Source of the DNA: Octopus bimaculoides
Taxonomy: Eukaryota
Reading direction: 5' to 3'
Length of the DNA stretch: 64,000 nucleotides
NCBI RefSeq assembly: GCF_001194135.2
Contig: NC_068991.1
Location: 51,242,118-51,306,117, forward strand
Made by a program: the position numbers and the translations under genes. Each line of letters starts with the position of its first letter. The stretch's first letter is position 1. The notes under the pieces are model-generated. The model made no database searches and was not told where the DNA came from. It was given only the letters and a program-made list of their open reading frames with translations. Shown here in pieces: positions 1 to 12,668 of this stretch.

Positions 1-1159
1 CACTGGAACTTAATTTTCTTTAAATAATTATATAATTTAATGAAGATAATTTTCATCAAATTTCATAAATTAGCTGATATAGGAAAAAGACATTTCACTG
101 TTTTCAACTGTTAATGCACTTTGTTTTGTCTGGTTTATGACTCTGACAGGTTTTGCTTAATGTTATAACACATGGAGAAAAGAATTTTAAAAAATATAAA
201 CAATGAATAAATAAACGATGATGTCAATCGTTTCAATGGTTGTGATGATGTGGTGGGGAGGGGGTCTGATTATGAATGATGGTGTCAGTGATAACTATGA
301 TGGTGGTGGTGGTGATGATGAGATGATAACTATGATGATGGTGATTATTTTGGTAGCAAATATGGTGGGTTTGATGGAAGTGATGAAAGTGATGCTTATA
401 GATGATGATGACACTGATGATAAAATCTATGATGATGAATGTTTATCATCCTCATTGTCATCATCATCATTGTGACCTTTTTTGTTTGTTTATTATTATT
501 TTCCTCTTCACATCAACTTCGATTATGTTAAGTTAACCTTAACTCTTCCCTTTCAGATGTTTTGTGGCTGATGTTTCTGAGAGTGTTTATCTCCATCTTG
601 TCAGTTGATAACAAATCACAGCTACCTCAGCTGAGGTTCCTATATTCTATCTAGTATCAAATTTATTGTTTGAAAGCCCATGTTACTTTTACTTTCAATT
701 TACGCTAGATAAAGATAGATATGAAACATCACTACTATTAATGCAAACCTTGCTGTATCTTATGTTTTATATGGATTATTAACATAGTAGGTAATTCATT
801 TGAAGTATTATTCTTCATTTGAGTTCTCTGCTGTTACACAATTAGAATAAACGTATTAATTTGTCCTGGTACCCCCAGTCAGTCCGTATTAAATGCTTGT
901 TTCTATTTGACCTTTTTCTCACAGTTAAGGAAAGACAATATTAGGAAGGCTGTTTTGATCTCTATCATGTCTCATAACTTGGTAATTATTGCAGTATTAC
1001 AGTACTAGCAAGGTAGGATATTACAGGTGTCATCACCAAATTTAAATAATGAAAGAAAGATGTCATAGTTATTACTAGGTTTACTTCCTTACAACTAATA
1101 GGTGAGGCATACATCTGTAACATTGATTTCAAATTTTGACACAACATCAGCAATTTCAG

Positions 1160-1560
1160 AGGAGGGGGTTAGTCAATTACATCGACTCCAGTACTTATTT
1201 TATCGACTCAGAAAAGATGAAAGGCATAGTCAACCTCAGCAGAATTTGAACACAGAACATAAAGACAGACAAAATGGTGCTAAGCGTTTTGTCCAGTATG
1301 CTGATGACTGCCCCAAGAGCAAATAATAATATGCACATTTGTAATATTATTTGCTCTTAGAGTTGTAAGCTGACAGAGTTGTTAGTACACCAGACTGAAT
1401 GCTTCACAGCATTTTGTCCATCAGTACATTCTGAGTTCAAAGTCATCTTAGTCTTTCATCCTTTCAGGGTCCACAAAATAAGTACCAGTTCAAAACTGGG
1501 GTCAATATAATTGACTCCTCCCCCCTGAACTTGCTGGCTGTGTGCCAAAATTTGAAACCT
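1160..1560. mobile_element. Two oppositely oriented copies of a second SINE family (1160-1325 minus; 1360-1560 plus)
   Basis: Shared core ttctgagttcaaa...tttcatcctttcagggt...aaaataagtaccagtt. Related copies at about 37350-37520, 45525-45715, 52755-52895 and 53960-54090. Confidence 0.75.
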
Positions 1561-3165
1561 TTATTTTTTGCTCTTATTTCAAAAACTGATATTTATACAA
1601 GTCATTTAATTAACAGTATATCTTGAAGTGAATATAGCAACTGATTAATAGCTTGAAATATATTAAGCTAAATACTCCTCAGATGGGTTTAAAAGGTCAA
1701 CAACTACCTATGGGACTTGAACCATGTATCTTCTGTTACAGTTAGTAGCATGTCTGTCATAGTTAAAGAAGATGTTTGACTTGAGTCTCATGGGTAGTCT
1801 TCAGCTTTCTTTCCATCCAAAAGGGCTGTATCCCAATATATTACAAATTATTATTTGCAGCTGTATTCGCTGTGAGACACACCATTAAGTAAATTATTTA
1901 CATATTTCTAGAGGCTTCTTCATTGATATTCTAAATGTAAACAGATTACTATTTAAATTTACTGATTCATTGTAACCAATATAATATGGAAAAATAGATG
2001 TAAAAGATACTAAAGGAAAGTAATATCAAGCAAAAAAGTAACTTTTGGTGGGGGTGGGGGGTTCATATTTGAGGTTAAGAATTCCATTTGAGGTTCAAGA
2101 ATTCTACAATCAGTTCCAAATATTCTACACAAACATTGGTAGAAAGTAAAATTTTTTATTTCAAAGCCATTTCAGTCATTTCATTTGTTTCAGTTAATAC
2201 AGCTATTTAGGAAGAATATTTGGGCTGTTTATGTACCTTGGATAGATATAAGTGTAATTGGAGCATACCCTTGACTAAAACTAGTTTGAATAACAATGTT
2301 CATAATATAATTTATATATTTAAAATAATACTGGGAAGTTTTCTTCATAGCAAATGATATATATGGAAACTTAACCAGACTTAATGGTAGAAGTAGTTGA
2401 AATTCATTTCCATAGACTGGAACAGAGGTTCATGGCACTAAAATACTCAATCGCAACTTTTGCCCAGAAGAGAATATGAATTTCAGTATTTCAAACTAAG
2501 GAGCCATCTTCTCTGTGGCACCATGGTACTTATTTACAAAGCAGTGAACATTTCCATTGAGAATTTCTCATTGACACAGCAACAAGAACTCTTGTGACAA
2601 GACATAAACTGTTGACATTTCAATGAGCTGGCCATCCAGCCTGCCAGCCAGCAGACTGACATCTAAAACCTCTCCTAGAAGTCATTGTCATAGATATTTG
2701 TATTGCTAGGAAAGCTGCAATCACTCTACGCTAAACACATATAGGATAGAGCTAATGCATTAACACTTGTACAACTCATACAAGTTTGATTTGTCAGTAA
2801 TTTATAACCCTTTAAATTAACTGTTGTAATTTATAACCAATTAAATGGCTACCATCTTTATTGCTTTGTTTCAGTAAACTATCACAACATGAGCATTACC
2901 TAGTTTAGTCCATTGCCAGTTTGTGACCACTTCCTTAATTAGAGATGGTTTATATTTCTACTGGTTATGTTGTACTAATTAGTATAAATGATTATTCTGA
3001 TGATTACCACTCAGGTTGGCTTATAAATGGATGAGTGTGTATGTATGTATGTGTGTGCATGATGATGATGATATATATATATATATATGCACACATATCT
3101 GTTTGTTGTCTACACCACCTATCTTCGTCTTTTGTTTTTTTTTGTGAATTCTCCCTATATATATA

Positions 3166-4441
3166 TCAGGTCATTAAGAATGAAATGTCTGATTTTGAAC
3201 TGAAAGTTTATTTTACTCTGTCTCAACAAAAAGCAATGCAGTTAATCAAAGTATGCATGTAAAATTATCAACAAAATTTTACAATTTTTCTATTTTATTG
3301 GAAGCTTATTTATGCCGGCAGTGAAGAAATCTGGAGAGCAAGAGGTGATGAAATCACGAAGGGCTGTTTTGAAGTTTTTTCCTTGCAAAAAGTTGTCTAA
3401 TGCCTGGAAAATATGATAGTCAGTTGGTGCAAGGTCTGGTGAATATTCTGGATGACAGAGTACTTCCAAATTCAGTTACTGTAACTTGAGTAGCGTTCTT
3501 TGTGCAACGTGTTGCTGAGCATTGCCTTCCAAGAGAACTGGCCTGTCTCTATTGACCAATCTTGGTTGTTTAATTGCAAATTCACTCCTCATTTCATCCA
3601 ACTGGTTGATGTATACATCCACTGTAATTGACTTACCAGATCTCATGAGGCTGTAGTGGATGACACCAGCACTGGACTACCAAACAGACACCATTAACTT
3701 TCTTTGGTGAATATTCTTTTTTGGACTGTGTTTTGGAATTTCGTCTCTATCCATCCACTGTGCAGAATGCTTGCTATTGTTGAAAAGAATCCATTTTTCA
3801 TCACACATAACAATACAATGCAAAAATGGTTCACTTTTATGCTGTGACAGCAAAGAACAAGAAGTTCCAAGACAATGTGTCATTTGATGCCTGTTTAGTT
3901 CATGTGGTACCCACTTGTCCAGCTTCTTCACTTTACCGATTTGTTTCAGATGGTCCAATACACTTGGAATCAAAACATCAAACCTTGCTGCTAACTCACG
4001 TGTAGTTTGAGATGTATCGGCTTCCACTACAGTTTCCAGCTCATCATTATCCATCTTCGTCTCAGGCCTACCACAAGGCTGATTTTCAAGAATAAAATCA
4101 CCAGACTGGAACTTCTCAAACTATCGATGTACAGTGTGCTCATTTGCCACATCTTCACCAAACACCTCATTGATGTTTTGAGCTGTCTGGGATGCATTGG
4201 TTCCACAATGGAACTCCTATTCATAATCAACATGAATTTTTGATCTACCGATGGGTTCACAAAAGTTGATTTACAAGAGAAAACTCACAATGCAATCAGA
4301 CACAGTGAATTGCATTTCGAAAAGTGATGATGTAACTCTTCAATGTTGTAAAACAAATAATTGTCATGTTAAAGCATTAGAGTTAACGACTGTCAAAGTT
4401 GGTGCATAAAGAAATCGGACATTTCATTCTTAATGACATGG
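3166..4441 (-). mobile_element. Full-length mariner (Tc1/mariner) DNA transposon relic, 1276 bp
   Basis: 30-bp TIRs tcaggtcattaagaatgaaatgtctgattt (3166-3195) and its reverse complement (4412-4441), 27/30 match. TA dinucleotides on both flanks. Transposase remnant inside. Confidence 0.93.
3242..4252 (-). pseudogene. Mariner transposase pseudogene (single frame, 5 in-frame stops)
   Basis: Translation shows WVPHEL, CDEKW (first catalytic D), EGNA in place of HDNA (second D lost), YSPDLAPTDY and terminal AYFD*. Confidence 0.93.
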
Positions 4442-4682
4442 TATATATATATATATATATATNNNNNNNNNNNNNNNNNNNNNNNNNNNNNNNNNNNNNN
4501 NNNNNNNNNNNNNNNNNNNNNNNNNNNNNNNNNNNNNNNNNNNNNNNNNNNNNNNNNNNNNNNNNNNNNNNNNNNNNNNNNNNNNNNNNNNNNNNNNNNN
4601 NNNNNNNNNNNNNNNNNNNNNNNNNNNNNNNNNNNNNNNNNNNNNNNNNNNNNNNNNNNNNNNNNNNNNNNNNNATATATAT

Positions 4683-5378
4683 ATATATATATAGTCCGTT
4701 TTCCATGCTAGCATGGGTTGGACCATTTGACTGAGGACTGGCGAACCAGATGGCTGCACCAGGCTCCAATCTGATCTAGCAATGTTTTTACAGCTCAATG
4801 CCCTTCCTAACGCCAACAAAATGCTTCCACACCCTAAACTTCGTCTCTAGTTCTGGCATTGACTTGGCTACTAGGGCAAGGTCATCAGCATAGAGGAGCT
4901 CCCAGGGACAGCCTATCTTGAATTCCTCTGTTATTGCCAGGAGGACAATATTGAATAAGAGGGGGCTGAGGACTGATCTTTGGTGAACCTTTATTTCTAC
5001 TGGGAATTCTTCCCTATACTCATTACCAACCCTCACCTTACTGACAGCATCCCTGTACAGGGCTTGCACAGCTCTTACCAACGACTCGTCTACCCCAAGT
5101 TTCTGCATTGACCACCAGTTAGGGGATCAGAGGACCCTGCCAAAAGCTTTCTCCAAGTCAACAAAAGCCAAGTGCATAGGTTTATCGTTGGCTAGATATT
5201 TCTCCTGCAGTTGCCTTACCAGAAATATAGCATCAGTTGTGCTTCTGCGTGGTGCAAAACCAAACTGCATCTCATCTAGGCTAACTCTCTCCCTAATTAG
5301 TTGGGCCCTCTCTGTAACTTTCATCACCTGAATCAATAATTTGATACCCCTATAGTTATTTCTATCTAAAGCATCACC

Positions 5379-5381
<3 letters not shown>
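4683..5381 (-). mobile_element. RTE-clade LINE fragment: RT core joined directly to the 3' tail sequence
   Basis: NNYRGIKL, QFGFAPRRSTTDAIF, FVDLEKAF, VHQRSVLSPLLF and YADD motifs. At about 4818 it switches to the ccgttttccatgctagcatggg tail family. Confidence 0.9.
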
Positions 5382-5425
<44 letters not shown>

Positions 5426-5529
5426 TACATATACATATATACACACACACACATATATATATTGTTTAACACAGTTTGATTTGGCTCCAAAAATAATACA
5501 TGTCAACACTCACTAAATGTGTTGAGTAC

Positions 5530-5608
<79 letters not shown>

Positions 5609-7033
5609 TAGGGTGAGAGAGAGAGAGATCATTTGCATTTGTCCCAGTAAAACCAAATAGAGTTTAGATGGAAAGAGCTTCTAAAAGAAGATTTTGAAAA
5701 TATAGATAGCTTTTATATGTATTTGTCTATATACCCATATATTTTCATATTTTATGTTTGTCTATATCCATCTATGTGTTTGTATATAAACCAGCAGTTA
5801 CTTACATATACATCAATAATTCTATGAATACGTGAATGGTGTCCACAAAATGTAGTGAAAGTTTTATGATTTTCTTTTGTAATTAACCTGCGATACAGTT
5901 TTCAATCCTATCCATGCAATGTAGATTTATTGTTTCAGAATATTAGTCTCAGTATAACTACTTAAAACAGTTTACTTAAGATATCATTTCTACAAGTTGT
6001 ATAGGCAATGTTTAAACATGGCTTCAGTCCAATGACTAAAACCAGTATTGCAGTAACTATAGCACCACTCATCATACTGGAATATCCTGAAGTATGCTGC
6101 TCCTTAGAAATATTGTTCATATAAAATTCCAAAAAGATGTTTACTATAAGACTTTGACAGACTTTTGTGTTCTTTTCAACATGGGTGCAGGCATTGTTGC
6201 GTGATCTGGGAACAAAGATTATCTTCTATTGCCTCAAGTTGATCTGTCCATTTCTGAGTGAATTTTGGTGGTCAGAAACTGTGTATGTCTGTTTGTGTGT
6301 GAGTGTGTGTGTGTCTTTTTGTGATGTATCATCATCATCATCATTTAAGGTTGGTTTTTCATGCAGGCATGGGTTGGATGTTTCAACAAGAGCTAGCAAA
6401 CCAGAGCACTACATCAGGCCCCAATTGCTTGTTTTGGCATGGGTTTTATGGCTAGATGCACTTTCTAATGCCAACCCCTTTACAGAGTGCACTGAGTGCT
6501 TTTTACCCGGCATCAGCATGGGTGCTTTTTACATGGCACCAGCAAGGCTACCAAGTAGCTTGCAAGACAAAGACTTCTTAGCTGAGGGAGGAAGTGGAAT
6601 CGAGGGAAGTGGCTGTGGACCAGGTGAGAGGTTAGAGTATAGTAGAGGAACAGAGCTAGCTGTCTTACTATAGTGGAAGATACTTGGCTTCCCAGGAGAG
6701 TTAGAGAAACATAGACAGACAGAGTGAGAGAAAGCAAAATAGATAGTGTTGGAGATGTATTGGAGTATATCAAGGAAAATTGTCAACAATAGCGAAAAAC
6801 AGATGTGTTGCAGACCTTCTTTTCTCCCTCTGGCCAGCCAAAATGTAGTGGGCCAGTGGTTGATCTGTTAGAGACCCACAAACCTATAACAAAGTTGTTG
6901 TTTACATAATGTTTTATTAACAACTGCTACGTTGTGCATCATTTTCCCCTCTTCAGTCAGTAACGGACATGCAAATAACATCATTGATTCATACTATGCA
7001 GGACTATTAGCTAACTTTTTTATTCTTTTATTC

Positions 7034-7405
7034 TTTTACTTGTTTCAGTCATTTGACTGTGGCCATGCTGGAGCACCGCCTTTAGTTGAACAAATCGTCC
7101 CCCCACCCCAGGACTTATTCTTTGTAAGCCTAGTAGTTATTCTGTTGGTCTTTTTTGCCAAATGTCTAAGTTATGGAGACATAAACACACCGGCATCAGT
7201 TGTCAAGCGATGGTGGGGGGACAAACACACACACACACACAAATATATATGATGGGCTTCTTTTCAGTTTCCATCTACCAAATCCAAACACAAAGCTTTG
7301 CTCGGCCCGAAGCTATAGTAGAAAATACTTGCCCAAGTTGCCATGCAGTAGGATTGAATCCAGAACCATGTGGTTGGTAAGCAAGCTACTTACCACACAA
7401 CCACT
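7034..7405 (-). mobile_element. tRNA-derived SINE (major family with internal CA/TA microsatellite)
   Basis: Reverse complement of the gagtggctgtgtggtaag...ggttcagtccca...tgaaacaagtaaaaga consensus seen repeatedly in the window. Confidence 0.9.
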
Positions 7406-8149
7406 TTACATATATTTGTAGTTGTTTTACTCTAATTCAGCCCTGAGTCAACACAACTGCAATCAAATGCATTTCAACAATACATGTCAAACCTACAATT
7501 TTAGGAATGGATGCTGGTAATTATTAGAAGAGAGAGTTTTTTCTAGCAAAGTTATCCAGAAATTTGTTTTAGATTATAATGGTATAACTGGTTCAAAACT
7601 ATCTAAAAAATCTTTGATGAAATGTTTTTTCTTATTTTATTTTTTATTTTTGTACATCTCAAGTTACATTGTCCTATGTGTTCTTCCTTTTATAATGTTG
7701 CTATGTTTGATTTGAGGATGTTTGGTTGCTACTTCTAGCAAGTGAAGCAGCCATGTAGAGGCTACTTTGTTGGCTCACATGTATTTTTCTATGGCTAGTA
7801 AGATGGTTTTCACAAATTTGAACATTACAAATGTGTAAGTCACTTGTAATGCTGGAGACCTGGAGGCCTTACATATTGTTAATTACTTGACCATGAATCA
7901 ACAACAGATTCTGTTTGTAATTGTGCTAAAAGAGAAGGAAAGTAGAATTTTGTGCTTTGTCAAAGAATACAACATACCGGCAACACTTAGGTTTGAACTC
8001 ATGACTATTCTGGCAGCTTGACCCCACACCTACAGAGCCATGTTTATAAGACCTTCTCTGTCTTCATACAATGCACTACATGTGTGTGTTTGTGTGTGTG
8101 TACACACACACACACACACAATATGTTCTTGCTTTAGACAGCTTGCACT

Positions 8150-8565
8150 TTGTAAAGTAGTAAAAACACCACAAAAATATCACAAAAAACTGCTATTCAG
8201 AATTTCACATTCCTGTTCGTTGGACAGTTGTGATTGAGAATGGGACAAGAATTAAGGTTATATGTATAAATATATTATACAATTTACATTGACAAATACA
8301 CATTTGAATTTGGTTTCATTTCATTGGTTGTTTCAACTGATGGGTTTTTTTTTTTAAGAAACGGTAATATAAATAATAAAATTAAAAATTAAAAGGCTTA
8401 AAATTGAATTGTGTAAAATCGAAGAAAACCTTAAATCAAAAATAAATATAACCTTAATTCTTATCCCATTCTCAGTCACAACTCCTGGTGAATGGGAACG
8501 TGAAACTCTGAGTAGCAGTTTTTTTGTGATATATTTGTGATCCTCCGGTATTTGAGTACTATTTT
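8150..8565. mobile_element. Foldback/MITE with about 87-bp inverted arms
   Basis: 8177-8263 is the reverse complement of 8446-8532 at roughly 85% identity. The right end runs into an N-gap. Confidence 0.75.
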
Positions 8566-9827
8566 NNNNNNNNNNNNNNNNNNNNNNNNNNNNNNNNNNN
8601 NNNNNNNNNNNNNNNNNNNNNNNNNNNNNNNNNNNNNNNNNNNNNNNNNNNNNNNNNNNNNNNNNNNNNNNNNNNNNNNNNNNNNNNNNNNNNNNNNNNN
8701 NNNNNNNNNNNNNNNNNNNNNNATATATATATATATATATATACTTCATTGGTATTAGAAGACTTGTTACTCTTGTGAGAAAGGTATCTGGGTACCCAGT
8801 AGAATTAAAAACAAGACCTGTAGAAGGGCAGGTGAGCTCCTTGTGGCCATCCTGTTGGGGAGAGGCAATGGCAAACCACCCTCATATCTATGCCAAGAAA
8901 ACACTATGAGAGAGTCAGAACAAAATAATGCTAAGGCTTCATCTGGTGGGAGAACTTGTGCTTAACCAGGAAAATCTTTGTTGTAGTGTCATCAATGCTC
9001 TGCAAAGCATGTGATACATGATGGTGAAGACAATTAGAAGACTGATGCATTGGGTAATCTTACTATTTTAGAATTATGTAGAATTTTAATATAGAGCAAA
9101 ATAGCCTATAAAGTGCACCCCTAAGTAAAGAACTGATTCATGAATATTTGTCTGCTTATCTATTATTCGTTACTTTCATTAATCTCTCTCTCTCTCTTTC
9201 TCTCTCACTTTCTACTTTTCTATCTCTGTTTTTCCCTCTCTCTTTTTCTCTTTCTATCTCTGTTTGCCCGTTTCTCTTATCTTTCCTTGGTTGCTTTAGT
9301 AATCAATAAATCTGATGTAGAATATCAAAATCAAACATGCTACTGTAGCTTATCATCATCATCATTGTTTTACATCTGCTTTCCAAGCTGACACGGATAG
9401 GACAGGTTGACTGGGAACCGGCAAGCTGCAGGATTGCATTGAGCTCCAATGTCATCTTTGACATGGTTTGACATTGGAACTCGTCACAGTCCTACACCTT
9501 AATTAAGTTACAATAATATCTTATACTCATGTAAGATTGAAGATTAATACTACAAACAGGTATTTTATCTCCTTGCATAGTCATTAGTTATTTTGTGTGA
9601 ATTAGAGATGGAAAAGGAATGTCTTAAGTCCACAAACTAGTTTTAATTACTGAAGTTAATTTACTATGATGCTTATGACATTGAGAAAGAAAAAAAAAAT
9701 CAATCTTATCCCACCACCTCTACCTTACCTTTATAAACTTGTGGCTTTATGCTTCAGTAAAAGATTAATTTAAAACTGATGTTCATTTTATCAAAGATTT
9801 TTGGATAGTTTTCATTATAATCTAAAA

Positions 9828-10178
9828 CAGGTATTCTCAACTCCTTTTTATCTATAGATCCCTTTGATTACTATTGTATTCAGGTGGAAATCCCACCCAT
9901 AGCCATTCAATGTTTAAAAACTAGTTTTATAGTAATTGCTCTCAAAATTCTTATTTTGTTTTTCACACATTAACTTCTGTAGGTTGAACTAGGTAAAATG
10001 GTAGAGAAAGAAATCCAAATGCTTCTTGCAATACATAGCAATACATACTAAAGCAAAATTTTTACAGGGGTCCTTAAAATACTATTGTGGATCCCCAGTT
10101 TACTCTTTTGTTGCATGAACCCTCCAAAATATCATATGGTCCCCCAAGGGCCATATGGACCATGGTTGAAAAGCACTG
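9828..10178. mobile_element. hAT (Charlie-like) MITE
   Basis: Termini caggtattctcaac / gttgaaaagcactg. Perfect 8-bp TSD atctaaaa at 9820-9827 and 10179-10186. Confidence 0.85.
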
Positions 10179-12668
10179 ATCTAAAACATATCTGGATAAT
10201 TTTGCAAGAAAAAAAACTGTCTGTCATAATAATTACCTGCTTCCATTCTTACAATTATAGGTTTGACTTGTATTGTCCTCTTTTTACCACACCGTTTGAG
10301 ATGTTATTTCATTAATACATCTATTTAATCACATCCATTATTGTTATAAATAATGTTTGAAAGATCGTTATACCTTCAGCTAATTGAGAACATGTAATTA
10401 AGAACCAGATTATGATTCTGAGCTTTTTTTAGACTCTCTTCATGGGAGCCTATATTTGCCACCTGATCTTGCACTCAGCTCTAAAACCTTATAAATAACA
10501 CTGTGTAATGTTCAGAAAGTGATGATGATTTGGTAAATATCAATGAAATTAATCACCCTCTAATTTATGTGGCTGTGGAGATTGTTTTTGATCAACATCT
10601 GATAAATATATATTATGATAGGGTGAGGGTTTAAGGAGACAGCAAAACAGAATAGTCTCATTCCTGATCACATGCTCTGATTAACTCGGGTTTTAACATG
10701 CATAAAATGTCTGTTATTGTTTCACCTTGATAGGGATTATACATTTCTGTGTTAAACATCTCATTTAAATCTGTGTCACTGTAATTAATAGCAAATAATG
10801 AAGATTATCAACAATTGTTTTCACCTTGACAGGTTTTTTTTCTTTGCATCTATTTAATTAATTATTCTTCTAATAGCTCTAAAACAGCCAACATACTAAC
10901 GATGTTTGATGTTTTGTGACTATCAACTTTACTAATTTCCAGAGAGGAAGACAAGGAATATGTGACATTCATTCTTTTTTCATGACATTAGTGATATAAG
11001 CCATAAATTAAATGTTAACAGCTAACACAAGCCATCAGGTCCTTAATGGTTCAACAAATCCCTGTTGCTGCCCCTTTTAATTTTTAAACACATTAGACTT
11101 CAGAGTTGCTTCCCTTACTTTTACAGACAAGAATTATCATCACTACTAATGGCTTTTCTTTCCATTGTGAGTGTAATTTTAAGTGACTGAACAATTTTTT
11201 TCTCATTACATTCTGTTAACATCTAATTAAATATGTTATTCACGCAATGTACAATCTCAGGAAAATTTCCCATGTCATAACAAGTTCTTTGACACATGAA
11301 ACACAGTTATGTAGAAACTTCATAAACATAGATGTTTCTATCTAAAATATTTTCTGTGAAAAGTTTTTACAATGTAAAACAACAACAAAAAAAGCCATGA
11401 ATACAATCATCATCATCATCATCACCATCATCATTTAAAATCTGTTTTCCATGACGGCATGGATTGGATGGTTTGACAGGAGCTGGAAAGGACACCAGCC
11501 ACATCAAGTTCCATGGTCTGTTTTGGCATGGTTTCTATGGTTGGATGCTCTTCCTTTACAATGTGTACTGGGTGCTTTTTTATGTGACATCAGCATGAGT
11601 GCTTTTTATGTGGTACCAGCACCAATGCTTTTTATGTGGCACTAGCGCCAGAGAATTTTACATGGCACCAGTGCCAGTGCTTTTTTTTCATGAAACTATC
11701 ACCGGTGCTTTTTACACTGTTTCAGCTAATTTTACTCTTGGCATCATAGCACTCCAGTTCAAAGTAGAATGACTGAGTATTGAATACACCTTCCGAAAAA
11801 TACCCTCCTAATATCCATGCCTATATTTCTGAATTAACACAATTAAGATTTTAGCCTGTTGACCTTGCCTTTTGTTTTTCTAGTTCTTGCAATATCTTTA
11901 TAAGTCTATTTTCTGATTATCTTTCTGTAGAATTATGGTATAGCAGTTAAAAATTTTGAAACTTTCATTAGAAATATAGTTTCTTGCTTTAAATTTAGTC
12001 TTTGGCAAATGTATAGGAAGGAATAGGATACCAGTAAACAATTGAAGTGTTGGTTAAATGGTGGCTACTTTTGTTTTGGCTTATCTTCTTATTGGCTATT
12101 TCTCATCAAGTATTTGGGGCAGGAATTGATTTATAGTTAGTCAAGTAAAATACTTGCATGGAAAATTATGTGTTTTCCTTAAAATTTTAGCAAAATATTG
12201 CAGGATTTTGAACACATAAACAAAAAGTAGAAAAAAGACAATCTCCTCTTAAACCTCACAATTATTGTAGGGATGTGAGGAATCTTTTATTCATATCTGC
12301 TGTAAAGAATTTATTGTATTTTTGATTAATTCTCACATATTCATTTCATAATTCCCATTTCTCATTTCTCTGTCTATCTAATTGTGACAAATATTTACGA
12401 TAGCTTTTTTTTAAAAAAAAAAACAACATAATTTTTATTTCATTAAAACATTTAAATACAAAGAAACAGGAAGAAAGAGAGATAAGAAAAGAAAAGACGG
12501 AAAAGGAAAAAAGGTGGAAAGAGGGAAAACAGTGGAAGATGGAAGGGGAGAGGGATTTCCACATGCCCCAAAACAAATGGTGTCTTCAGGCATCCCCTAT
12601 GGTAATAACCATGATGGTGTTGCCACAGAGAATGGTCAGTGACACTCACTACAGCAGCCACTCCACCT

